Below, piece after piece: positions 37,424-47,008 of a stretch of 64,000 nt of DNA. The number at the start of each line of letters is the position of its first letter. Position 1 is the stretch's first letter. The notes under the pieces are model-generated. The model searched no databases. It was not told the origin of the DNA and saw nothing but the letters and a program-made list of their open reading frames with translations. The position numbers and the translations under genes were made by a program. The DNA comes from a virus, in IMG/VR virus record IMGVR_UViG_3300021091_000020, positions 59,503 through 123,502 of that record, one strand, 5' to 3'.

Positions 37424-39865
37424 TTAAGCACCTGGAAATGCCGCACCTGTTGATTGAATGTTGAAATCAAGAATGATAAATTCAGCAGTCTTTGCAGGTT
37501 GTAGATAAAGTTGTCCGTAAAGAATGTTACGGTCAATAATATCTGGCGTATTATTACTTTCATCCATGATAACACGGAAGGCGTACAAACCTTGACGTTG
37601 TTGTATAGATTCAAGATATGGGTTCACAATGTTCAAGAAGCGAGTTCTTGTTTGTGATGTGTTTTGTTCAAACACAAGGTATCTTGTGGAGGAAGCAATA
37701 AACTTCTTAGCAGCAATCAAGAGACGGCGAACATTGATACGGTCAAGAGCAGATGGGCGACCTTGCAATGTTTTTTGTCCCCATACGCAGACACCAGATG
37801 CAGGAAATACTGCAATTGGATTTATTCTACCTTCGTATAATTGGTCTCTTTCGGCTTGTGTCAAACGTGTTTTTACTTCAATTACTTCTGTCAAACCACC
37901 ACGATTCAAACCAGCAGGCGCAAACCATTCAGCTGCAACACGGTCATTGAACGCAATAACACCAGGAAGAACAACTGATGGGGGAACCCATACTGGTTTG
38001 TTTCTATCCAAATCAACAATCTTAACCCAAGGATAATATGTTGCGGCATAGTTTGTGTCTAAACCTTCCATTGCAGAAACCGCAGTTGTTATATTATCAT
38101 CATATCCAACTGAATCCATTACATAGAAAGCATCGCCACGAGCTTCACACATTTCAAAGGCATAAGATGTAATACCAGAGTGTAGAGAATGTATAACACC
38201 AGGAGTTACAACCATGTTTACATCAAATTCATCAGCATTTGAAATTGTGTCTAGCGCCTTTTTGTAAGCAGCATATCCACTTGCTCCCTGATTTGAAAGG
38301 TCAAATCCTTGTGTATTAGAAGCCAACATATGTGTTCCTGTTTTCTTTTGAAGATTTGGCTTGTGACCATCGAATCCTCCCTGAAACGGAATCATAAACT
38401 TACGAGTATCAATAGAAGTATTACTTGTTAAAGTAATTGATCCACTATACGGATTAGTTGGAGTTGGAAAATTAGCAGCAGCATGTTGTGTGTAATCACC
38501 CAAATAGAAGTCTACATTAGATCCAGTTGAACGATTAGAAGCAACAGGAAGTGGTCTTAAATAATTAAAATTATCCGTGTTGGAGAAATCATAACTAAAT
38601 CCATAATAAACTCTCTTATTGTATGCAGATCCTATTGTTTGTGAACTTACATAAGTTGCAGCAGCAGGTTGAGTAAATCCACTTGGAATTGGAGTTGTCA
38701 AAGAACGGAAACCAAATGGTACTAAATTAGGAGATACTGCACCATTCTTAACAGCTTCTGTTACTTCAACTCTAATAAATTTTGATTTATTTGAATAATC
38801 ACCATTTACTACAACTTTACCTTCATCGGTAATTGTTACATATCTATCACCAATTACACGAGCAATATATCTTGGAGAATTTGGATCAAGAGTACATTTG
38901 AACGATTCAATTGTTGCAGGTCTTATATCTTCGTCTTGCCATCCATATGGTGTTTGAGGAAGTTTAGATTGATCAACATATCGTACAACAATATCAAAGT
39001 CACCATATTCTGAACCTGCAATTGTTCCAGCAGGACGAATGTTAGAAACACCAACTTTAAGTTCATAATTGGAATGACAACCATGAGAAATAGTTTCAAA
39101 CCTAAATAAGTCTATTGTATTTGCACCAACTTTTTGTGAAGTAACAAAAGGTGTTTGTGCAGCCAAATAATCGTCTGTAAAATCCCATTGTGGTGAATTT
39201 AAAGAACCACTTTCAATTATTAACGTTGTTGCAGCATCGGCAGCAAGTGATGCAGATGCCTGTTGTGTGAAACAAACATAATTGTAAACTGCATTTGTTC
39301 CGTAAGGGTTATATCCAAAAAGATTTCCTATAAAAGATGCATTATTTGGATCTATTGATGAACTAAAAGCTTCACCATTTTGATCCAAAGCATTGGTAAA
39401 TGTTGATTGGTCTGTTTCCATGCCACCTGATATTGTCAGTACAAAACTACCACTATTATTTGATGTTAATGTGGATTTTGCAAACATACTTTCATCATCA
39501 TCATTTCCAATAGCAAATGTTGGATGTAAAAATGATATTAACTTTTTACCCCATGAACCTGTTGCAACGAGAGCAAGAGGATGAGTAAGCATATATCCAC
39601 CAGATCCTAATACTCTAACAATGGTAGCACCACCTGCATTATTTAAATAACTTTTTGCAGTGTATGGAAGGTAAGATTGTTCATACAAACTACCAAACTG
39701 AGCAACAAAATCTTGATAGCTGCTCACTGCAACCGGTACAAAGGCCGGTCCCTTAATTGTAGGTCCTATAAGTGCAGCACCAATGGCTCCCACTCCTGTT
39801 TGGAGGAAGGATAAATCTTTTTCATTGGTAAACACACCAGGACTTATTATTCTTTCAGTTGCCAC
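37424..39865 (-). CDS. Contractile tail sheath protein (gp18-like)
   Basis: SPGVF, YYPW, WFAPAGLNRG, WGQKTL, RINVRRL, PAKTAEFI. Confidence 0.96.
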   Translation of the reverse strand: MATERIISPGVFTNEKDLSFLQTGVGAIGAALIGPTIKGPAFVPVAVSSYQDFVAQFGSLYEQSYLPYTAKSYLNNAGGATIVRVLGSGGYMLTHPLALVATGSWGKKLISFLHPTFAIGNDDDESMFAKSTLTSNNSGSFVLTISGGMETDQSTFTNALDQNGEAFSSSIDPNNASFIGNLFGYNPYGTNAVYNYVCFTQQASASLAADAATTLIIESGSLNSPQWDFTDDYLAAQTPFVTSQKVGANTIDLFRFETISHGCHSNYELKVGVSNIRPAGTIAGSEYGDFDIVVRYVDQSKLPQTPYGWQDEDIRPATIESFKCTLDPNSPRYIARVIGDRYVTITDEGKVVVNGDYSNKSKFIRVEVTEAVKNGAVSPNLVPFGFRSLTTPIPSGFTQPAAATYVSSQTIGSAYNKRVYYGFSYDFSNTDNFNYLRPLPVASNRSTGSNVDFYLGDYTQHAAANFPTPTNPYSGSITLTSNTSIDTRKFMIPFQGGFDGHKPNLQKKTGTHMLASNTQGFDLSNQGASGYAAYKKALDTISNADEFDVNMVVTPGVIHSLHSGITSYAFEMCEARGDAFYVMDSVGYDDNITTAVSAMEGLDTNYAATYYPWVKIVDLDRNKPVWVPPSVVLPGVIAFNDRVAAEWFAPAGLNRGGLTEVIEVKTRLTQAERDQLYEGRINPIAVFPASGVCVWGQKTLQGRPSALDRINVRRLLIAAKKFIASSTRYLVFEQNTSQTRTRFLNIVNPYLESIQQRQGLYAFRVIMDESNNTPDIIDRNILYGQLYLQPAKTAEFIILDFNIQSTGAAFPGA

Positions 39866-39930
39866 TTATTATCTCCGTAAAATTATAGAATGAAATCTGC
39901 ATATAAATATCGTGCAAAAAATCAAAACTA

Positions 39931-40302
39931 TCATTCAGTTGATATAAATTTGCCAGAATCCAAATCTAAAACACCATCACCATATTCTTCATTTAATGAT
40001 TTAACCAAATCCGTTTCTTCGGTTTGTAAATTAGAATATTTTGTAAACAAATCTTCTCTAATTTGTTTTACTTGATCCAATCTTTTATTAAGTAGATGTA
40101 ACTCAATTTCAATTTGACCAATTTGAGCAGTTGTGATTGCGTAAGCAGACTGTAAATCTTTTACCCTTTCAATATCAGAATCATTAAATTCTTTCGATAT
40201 TTTTTCATCCGTAGAATTTTTATTATTTTCTGTTACTGAATCATTTGGCAAAACTAAATCATCCGATGACTTTTCACTAAAACTAGACATAAAAAACCTC
40301 AA
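39931..40302 (-). CDS. Hypothetical coiled-coil protein
   Basis: Heptad pattern, C-terminal YGDGVLDLDSGKF. Confidence 0.7.
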   Translation of the reverse strand: MRFFMSSFSEKSSDDLVLPNDSVTENNKNSTDEKISKEFNDSDIERVKDLQSAYAITTAQIGQIEIELHLLNKRLDQVKQIREDLFTKYSNLQTEETDLVKSLNEEYGDGVLDLDSGKFISTE

Positions 40303-40332
40303 TTAATTATTGTTAAATTACTCATATAAATA

Positions 40333-41313
40333 TCAATCAATTTCGTCTGGATATACTCCTGGCGAATTATTTAACGATATATCTGTAAATTTTTTCTCTT
40401 TACGATCCCTCTCTTTTGATTCTTCGGTAACATCTTCATCTATTGGTCTAAATACAATTCGGTTGTAATCATCAAAAAAATCACTACTTACTGTTCTATC
40501 AACTAACTTTACTTGATTTGGTCCAACAATTCTCTTTGTTGTAGTTTGCATTGCAACTTCTTTTGGAAGCAAATATCCATGCACCAACAGTTGAAAAGAT
40601 GCCCTAACAGTCCTATCTTGTCCTGTTGTATTGTTATCTTCTATCGTAAACCCATCAACATGAGTAGCAAACTTAAAATAATTTTTATCACCAAATGATT
40701 GACCACCAAAATAAATAAAATTTTCTATGACATAGTTTAATTGATTTTGATATTCACACCAAATTATGAAATCATAAGTTACATCAACATAGTCTGGAAT
40801 TGGGGTTAAAAAATATTCACTTGATTTATTTGCACTATACAAATTGCTAAATTTATCATATGGATTGAGTGTATTGTATTTTTGTTTAATAGCATAAGAC
40901 ACATGATATTGATTCGCAACTTTGTTTCTACGAAGTTCATTTTTTACTGTAACAGCAGACCGTCTAAATGTAATCAATGGGACTATTGTTTTTCCTTTTT
41001 TATCTTTTAAGAAACCATCTTTTTGTATTGATGCCCATTTTTCTGCATTAGCATATATTGTTGGAACTGTGATAAATTCACCGTTATCTTCAACGTTCAA
41101 TTGTATTTTTTTATCTATAAAATTTTTTATGGCATAATCAATGTCATATAATGTAATTCCAAAACTGCGAACTTTATCTTTATCTCTACGAACTTCACGA
41201 TGTCTATTACTTCCAATGTCATATATTGGATTTGCCTTTAAATTTTTATTATCAATAAAACTATCATGTGTTCTACTGATTGGGGGTTTTCTATATTTAA
41301 TTGAATTACGCAT
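40333..41313 (-). CDS. Tail terminator / sheath stabiliser-like protein (gp15-like)
   Basis: Between neck and sheath genes; VPTIY, PLITF, PDYVDVTYDF. Confidence 0.65.
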   Translation of the reverse strand: MRNSIKYRKPPISRTHDSFIDNKNLKANPIYDIGSNRHREVRRDKDKVRSFGITLYDIDYAIKNFIDKKIQLNVEDNGEFITVPTIYANAEKWASIQKDGFLKDKKGKTIVPLITFRRSAVTVKNELRRNKVANQYHVSYAIKQKYNTLNPYDKFSNLYSANKSSEYFLTPIPDYVDVTYDFIIWCEYQNQLNYVIENFIYFGGQSFGDKNYFKFATHVDGFTIEDNNTTGQDRTVRASFQLLVHGYLLPKEVAMQTTTKRIVGPNQVKLVDRTVSSDFFDDYNRIVFRPIDEDVTEESKERDRKEKKFTDISLNNSPGVYPDEID

Positions 41314-41837
41314 TATATGTTACCTGGCAAATCATTGCCATCGTTTATTATTTGAGGTCTAAATTCCTCTATATGTATTCTTGACCTTCTTGTTAAGTGT
41401 GTATTAGCTACAATAGAAACATTATGTCCCCATTTTTCTGTAGCAAATGAATAATCTGGATTTTTTCCACCAAAGAATTGATTTTCTTGAATTGCATCAA
41501 CTTCCCAATAATCGCCATTATATTCAATAATATCACCAACTTCTATAAAAATTTCAACCTCTTTCAAATACTCTCGTATAAATGCAAAGTTTGCCGCCTG
41601 TTGGTAATCTTGTCCAAATTCAGTTCCTTCATATGCCTGTGCTTGATAATCTATCAATGACGGAACTTTTATAGGACTATGATAAATCTTTTTGTCCGAC
41701 TCATTGTATATGTTTGTTTTTGTATTTTCCAATGAAAGTTTGTAAACAGCAACTTCTGTATCAATTATATCCGCAATAAGTTCCATATTAAACTTATGAA
41801 CAAGTCCTGCATCTCTGGTTCCGTGAAATAATGGCAT
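41313..41837 (-). CDS. Neck/head-closure protein (gp14-like)
   Basis: NIYNE, EVGDII, YWEV; follows the gp13-like gene. Confidence 0.7.
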   Translation of the reverse strand: MPLFHGTRDAGLVHKFNMELIADIIDTEVAVYKLSLENTKTNIYNESDKKIYHSPIKVPSLIDYQAQAYEGTEFGQDYQQAANFAFIREYLKEVEIFIEVGDIIEYNGDYWEVDAIQENQFFGGKNPDYSFATEKWGHNVSIVANTHLTRRSRIHIEEFRPQIINDGNDLPGNI

Positions 41838-41841
41838 TATT

Positions 41842-42972
41842 TTATCCTATGTAAATTGATAAAGGAGTTCCATTCAAACTAGCTGCAAGTGCTTCAGTTT
41901 CTAATCTTTTTGCTTCTAATAATTTACTTCTGGTCATTGTATCTAACATAGTTCTTAATTGTTCTACCAATGCCTGTTTTTCTGCAGTTGCTGCAGAAAG
42001 TAAATCGGCAGCATTAAGAGTTGTTTCACCATTTGGTATTGGTATACTTCCATATTTACCGCGAATATATCCAAGCATTTCTTTTGCCAAAGCAAGACCA
42101 AACGAATATATCCATGTTTTTCCTGGTGAATTTATTTTAGAATAAACCATATAATCATAAGGTGCATTTGACATATCAGACACTTGACCATTTGGATATT
42201 TTAATGGATTACTTCTTTCTTCTTTTACAATATACTCAATCCACAATTTGAAATTTTTTGTTGGTACTGGAAATATACGAAGTTCATTTTTTATTATTTC
42301 AAATGTAAAGGCAGATTTACGCATTAAATCATTGAACTCTATTGCTTGAATACGAAGCAAATCTGCATACATTGGCATCAACATAAATGATACACCAGTA
42401 GAATAAGCACCGAACCCAAATGTGTCAAGCATTGCTTGATTTCCCAAATAAGGATCGTAAAATCTCATTGAAGCCGGTGGGGAATAGTGATGTACTTTTT
42501 TTATTTCTATTGAACCGGTTGGAACTTTTACATCACGTATTAGTGTATCTAAATCATATCGTTGTTTTCCAACAGTAATATCAATAGATGAAGAATAAAA
42601 TTTAACATTACCGTTAGTAAAAGTTTCACTACCATATTCGGTTGCAAGTTGAACTAATCCACCCATGTTTGTTGATATATTTCTTTGAGTCACATTTGAT
42701 CCTGTTGATGAACCCATCAAACTCAAAAGGTTTTGTTGTATATTAAACTGATTAACATTATATGAGTATTCATATACTGCTTCTTCAAAACAAGTATAAA
42801 AATTTACATCCTGCAATTCAACATCAACAATAGGATAACCTAATCTTTTAGCACACCAATCCGCAAAAGGATCTGCTTCTGCTTGAAAATCAGCATCGCT
42901 ATCAAATGTTCCAAACGGTGTGCTACCAGTTGTAAAACTTGAACTACCAGGCCAAATAGGAATATCTGTCAT
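41842..42972 (-). CDS. Neck/adaptor protein (gp13-like)
   Basis: KRLGYPIVDVEL, ALAKEMLGYIRGKY, TTLNA. Confidence 0.85.
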   Translation of the reverse strand: MTDIPIWPGSSSFTTGSTPFGTFDSDADFQAEADPFADWCAKRLGYPIVDVELQDVNFYTCFEEAVYEYSYNVNQFNIQQNLLSLMGSSTGSNVTQRNISTNMGGLVQLATEYGSETFTNGNVKFYSSSIDITVGKQRYDLDTLIRDVKVPTGSIEIKKVHHYSPPASMRFYDPYLGNQAMLDTFGFGAYSTGVSFMLMPMYADLLRIQAIEFNDLMRKSAFTFEIIKNELRIFPVPTKNFKLWIEYIVKEERSNPLKYPNGQVSDMSNAPYDYMVYSKINSPGKTWIYSFGLALAKEMLGYIRGKYGSIPIPNGETTLNAADLLSAATAEKQALVEQLRTMLDTMTRSKLLEAKRLETEALAASLNGTPLSIYIG

Positions 42973-43722
42973 TTACTTCTCGGTTTTTGTTTCTTCAAAA
43001 TACTTCAATATATCATCAACAATAGGATGACGGTGGTTTGTTTTTAACTCATAAACCCCCAATCCATTTATCTTGTCTTTCATATTAAATAAATATGGAA
43101 GACCAGAATCTTTTTTCTGTTTTAAGTCAATTTGTGATATATCACCAGTTAGCATCATCTTTGAATTGATACCAAGACGAGACAATATCATTTCCATTTG
43201 TGCCTTTGTTACGTTCTGTGACTCATCAACAATAACACAAGCATTAACAAATGTTCTACCACGAAGAAAAGAGATAGGAGCAATTTCTATCTTATCTTCA
43301 GCCATTAACTTTTCAATTTTTTCTTTATGGTATAACATATTCATATTTGCTTGAATAGGAGATACCCAAGGATCCATTTTTTCTTTTATATTACCAGGAA
43401 GAAACCCTAAATCTTCATTCGATACCGTTGGTCTTGTGATTATTATTTTTTCTACCTCACGATAGAAAAAACATTCAAGAGCAATTTGTGTTGCCAATAG
43501 TGTTTTACCGGAGCCAGCTTTACCAACAAATACTGAAATTGTATCACGAAGAGCATCAGTTTTTATTCTTTTTTGTTCGTCATTAAGAGTAAGTTGGAAC
43601 TGTATTTTATTTTTAATAGTTTTTCTTCCTTTTTTTATACCCGTTGTATTAAGACTTGATACTTCTTCTTCACTCAACAAATGTTCATTGTTATTCGTTT
43701 CCTCGTTATGTTCAGAACTCAT
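42973..43722 (-). CDS. phoH: PhoH-like ATPase
   Basis: GKAGSGKT, LGFLPG, RGRTF, DESQN, GDISQID. Confidence 0.95.
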   Translation of the reverse strand: MSSEHNEETNNNEHLLSEEEVSSLNTTGIKKGRKTIKNKIQFQLTLNDEQKRIKTDALRDTISVFVGKAGSGKTLLATQIALECFFYREVEKIIITRPTVSNEDLGFLPGNIKEKMDPWVSPIQANMNMLYHKEKIEKLMAEDKIEIAPISFLRGRTFVNACVIVDESQNVTKAQMEMILSRLGINSKMMLTGDISQIDLKQKKDSGLPYLFNMKDKINGLGVYELKTNHRHPIVDDILKYFEETKTEK

Positions 43723-43730
43723 AATGGCTC

Positions 43731-44330
43731 CTATAATAATTTAGAAAGGGTTTCTCCCATTGATTTTACGTCAGCTTCAATTTCGGATAATATGTTATCC
43801 AATTTCTCAACCTTATGGGTCCATTCAAAACCTACAATAGCGATAAATTCCGATCCTTTTCGTATCGGATAAACCACTGCTGATTTAGACCCTCTCTGTG
43901 AAAAAAATGCTTTTGTAATTAAGTCCTCTATATTATCTACAACAGGATACACCGCCTTATGATTTACTACATCTTCAACGAAGTTTGAGTAAAGAGAAAT
44001 CGGTAAGTTCTGATATTGCTTAAACTCTGTGCTAACCCCTTCTTCTAGTGATTCAAATGAGGTTGAGAGTTTGGTCATTGATTTGCCTGTTTTGTATTTA
44101 CCACCGTTATGTCTTTGAAGTATAAATGCACGCTGACATTTATATTCTTCTAACAGTTGGTCTAATATGGTTTGGATTAGTTTGGCATGAGAAATCTCTC
44201 GGTCAATTCTTTTTTGTTTATATTCACCGTATTTGTATTTGAGGAACCAAGAAAGAAACACACCAAGTAGTGTGGCAATACTTGATACCGCCAAAGAAAT
44301 GATGTCTATGTATTGAATTTGAGTTTCCAT
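43731..44330 (-). CDS. Holin-like protein (N-terminal TM plus GAF-like domain, T4 T-like)
   Basis: One N-terminal hydrophobic helix; RAFILQRHNGG and KSAVVYPI...IAIVGFE GAF-like pattern. Confidence 0.55.
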   Translation of the reverse strand: METQIQYIDIISLAVSSIATLLGVFLSWFLKYKYGEYKQKRIDREISHAKLIQTILDQLLEEYKCQRAFILQRHNGGKYKTGKSMTKLSTSFESLEEGVSTEFKQYQNLPISLYSNFVEDVVNHKAVYPVVDNIEDLITKAFFSQRGSKSAVVYPIRKGSEFIAIVGFEWTHKVEKLDNILSEIEADVKSMGETLSKLL

Positions 44331-44355
44331 TTGTAATAAATAGCAAAGTGAAAAT

Positions 44356-44381
44356 AAAAAAGGGTGACAAATGTCACCCTT
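44356..44381 (-). terminator. Intrinsic terminator
   Basis: AAGGGTGACA-TT-TGTCACCCTT followed by a T run. Confidence 0.8.
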
Positions 44382-44404
44382 ATTAAAATTTATTTTTATG
44401 GAAT

Positions 44405-45772
44405 TTACTTTACATATAATAAATTACCATCTTGTATTTTGAACTCACCACGTGGGTTATATGATTCTGTTTTTCCTGCATCTGCAACTTTCTTTTGTAA
44501 TGTTGGTATCATATTTACTATTACTGTTGCAACACTATAAGCAATTAAGCAACCACCAACAATAGTGATAAAAGTTTTAGCCGCAGCAAAAATAGGAGCA
44601 AGTGGTGGAATAAAAAATCCAACAATATCCGCACCACCAGGAGTTAATAATTTTACAGCAACTTCCATTATCTCGGATATTATTCCTGAAAGAATTACAA
44701 ACTCAAATACACCTGGTCCACCTAATAATTTTGTGGCTTCTGAAAACTTTTTTAGCAATTCTTTACCAACCATTGCAGTTACCACTTGTGTAATTTTTGC
44801 TAAAGGTGCAAAAACTGACTGTAATATCTTAACACTTAATTCAACTATACCTTTCAATGCAGGATTTTTAATTGCACCTTCAAGGTGTGTAAACCCACCA
44901 CCTTCAAAAAGAAATGCCCTATCATTTGAACTATTATACAATTCAGAAACAACATTAGAATTTGAAAATAATTTATTTCTTTCTTTAATAATGTTTAATT
45001 TCATTTTTTTAACAGATTCCATAGTTTTTAAGTCATCCAAACCATCCTCGGCCTTTGCTGCATCAACTTTAACATCTTCTGAAGGTGCAACACTACCAGC
45101 AACCATATCTTTTTCCCAAGTTGGAGCGGAAACCCATTTACTATAAAAAGTTGTTGTTAGATATTTTCCAGACTCGAACAAATTTTTTACTTCTGTTGCA
45201 AACGTTTTTGGATCAGATACATTCTGTATTTTCTTTTCTACATCTGCAGATGCTTTAGCGGCAGCAGATTTTGCCTTTCCAGCGAATGATCCAAATGCTT
45301 TCATCAATCCGTCTTTGCATGCTGATGCAACTTCTGATACAAGTGCAGAAAATTCTTTCCAAACCGCTTTTATTTTACCCCAGCCACCTGAAAGAACTTC
45401 TTTTGCCTTATCACCAAGACCTTTAAGACCATCCCATATATCACTAAAAAATCCTTCGGATAATACTGCATCACCGTCTTTGGATTCAACTATTGTTTTT
45501 ACACTTTTATCCAATTTATTTATTATGGACTCACTTAATGATTTTGTTTTTGTCTTTGAAAACAAAATACGCATAGCAGACGCTTCATTTTTTGTAAATA
45601 CATCTGTTTCCAACAATGAATTGATTGCGGATTCATCAAGAGTTGTAAATCTAATGGTGTTTGCGTTGATTTTTTGTGATAATCTCTTTTCCGATACTAC
45701 CTCATTCATAAGATATTTCAAAGAGTTTAATTGTTTACGGCTGTTTGTCATAATGACCCCATAATACTTCAA
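44405..45772 (-). CDS. Hypothetical protein with multiple LxE sites and C-terminal hydrophobic helices
   Basis: LMNE, LDE, LLE, LSE, VLSE in the first ~105 aa; amphipathic FFSDIWDGLK segment; hydrophobic C-terminal half. Confidence 0.7.
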   Translation of the reverse strand: MKYYGVIMTNSRKQLNSLKYLMNEVVSEKRLSQKINANTIRFTTLDESAINSLLETDVFTKNEASAMRILFSKTKTKSLSESIINKLDKSVKTIVESKDGDAVLSEGFFSDIWDGLKGLGDKAKEVLSGGWGKIKAVWKEFSALVSEVASACKDGLMKAFGSFAGKAKSAAAKASADVEKKIQNVSDPKTFATEVKNLFESGKYLTTTFYSKWVSAPTWEKDMVAGSVAPSEDVKVDAAKAEDGLDDLKTMESVKKMKLNIIKERNKLFSNSNVVSELYNSSNDRAFLFEGGGFTHLEGAIKNPALKGIVELSVKILQSVFAPLAKITQVVTAMVGKELLKKFSEATKLLGGPGVFEFVILSGIISEIMEVAVKLLTPGGADIVGFFIPPLAPIFAAAKTFITIVGGCLIAYSVATVIVNMIPTLQKKVADAGKTESYNPRGEFKIQDGNLLYVK

Positions 45773-45812
45773 AATAGTTGATATAGTTTTACAATAAATA
45801 TCTACTAAAAAT

Positions 45813-45840
45813 AAAAAACCTCACATTATTATGTGAGGTT
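45813..45840 (-). terminator. Intrinsic terminator
   Basis: AACCTCACAT-AATA-ATGTGAGGTT followed by a T run. Confidence 0.8.
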
Positions 45841-45847
45841 CATTTTA

Positions 45848-46864
45848 TCATTTCTTTTTTAATTTACTATTCAGAATTTCAGCAACAATTGGTTTAAGTA
45901 ATCGTGTTAATTTTTCTTGAAGTCTTTGTTTTTTAACTTTCTTAACATAAGATTCTTGTAATCTTTTTTTATTTTTAGTATTATATTCAACAAGTTTTTT
46001 AATAACAGATTCTCTTAATGGTTTTAATCCACGACGCATTTGATAATACGATTCCATTTTATCTTTTACATCTGGACTATATGGTGGCTTAATATCTATT
46101 TCACCAGCTGCAATTGCCTTTGCAACACCATCAACTTCTTTACCGTTGATAACCGGCATTTCAATTCTTGCAGGAGCACCAGGCATAATTTCTTTTGGTA
46201 ATTTATCTGCATTAGCCATAACAACTTTTTTACCGGCCTCGAAATCACCACCACCAAGAGTTTCCATTGCTTTAGTTACATCCTCTGGTTTTGTTTCATT
46301 CCCTTTATCATCTTTATATCCCTTTTCTTTCCATGTGTCTATTATTTTTGCAAATACAGGACCTTTGAAATCAGCTATATTTCCTTTACCAGCATTACCA
46401 CCACGACCAAATTGGCCTACTGTTACAACATTTAGTGCACTAACAAGTGCTTTACCTGGAAGTTCTATTTGAGTTGCAGTAATACTTGCACCGGGATCCG
46501 CAAGAAATGTTGCTGCCCAACGGTGGTGTCCATCCATAATATAATTATCTGCTGAAATTATGGATTCCAAATCTCCTCCAGGACCTCCACTAAAAATTCC
46601 AACTTTATTTATCATTCCTATTGCCATACCAAGTGCCTTCTCTGGAATAATTTCTGTTTGTGCTGCTTTCAATGCACTAGCAGCAATAGAAACTTTTTTA
46701 CCAGCAGCAACATCGTCTTTTGGATCACCGTCTTTTGTTCCGGCACCAATAGCAGCTTTTGCAGCATCTTTTGGAACTTTACTTAAACCTAGAACATCGG
46801 TAGTTCCAAGTATTTCATCGTCTTCAAACAGTCTTCTCTTTTTGTTAGTCTGTTTCATATACAT
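45848..46864 (-). CDS. ParB/sulfiredoxin-fold protein (paralog 2)
   Basis: LKAAQTEI and IMDGHHRW; leader ending RLFE; C-terminal LRE/LVE/LQE repeats. Confidence 0.7.
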   Translation of the reverse strand: MYMKQTNKKRRLFEDDEILGTTDVLGLSKVPKDAAKAAIGAGTKDGDPKDDVAAGKKVSIAASALKAAQTEIIPEKALGMAIGMINKVGIFSGGPGGDLESIISADNYIMDGHHRWAATFLADPGASITATQIELPGKALVSALNVVTVGQFGRGGNAGKGNIADFKGPVFAKIIDTWKEKGYKDDKGNETKPEDVTKAMETLGGGDFEAGKKVVMANADKLPKEIMPGAPARIEMPVINGKEVDGVAKAIAAGEIDIKPPYSPDVKDKMESYYQMRRGLKPLRESVIKKLVEYNTKNKKRLQESYVKKVKKQRLQEKLTRLLKPIVAEILNSKLKKK

Positions 46865-46955
46865 TTCCCATTATTACTAAAAATTACATATTTGTAAAAA
46901 AAGTGATCCGTTTGAACACTCACAAATAAATATAAATTAAAATAAAAAAAAAAAC

Positions 46956-46986
46956 AAAAAAGGAGTGAGAAAAATCTCACTCCTTT
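46956..46986 (-). terminator. Intrinsic terminator after the major capsid gene
   Basis: AAAGGAGTGAGA-loop-TCTCACTCCTTT followed by a long T tract. Confidence 0.85.
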
Positions 46987-47008
46987 ATTTTAACTAATCC
47001 AATACGGT

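Noticed and set aside
42973-43722. PhoH as a novel auxiliary gene
   Set aside because: Very common in large phages; nothing unusual in the sequence
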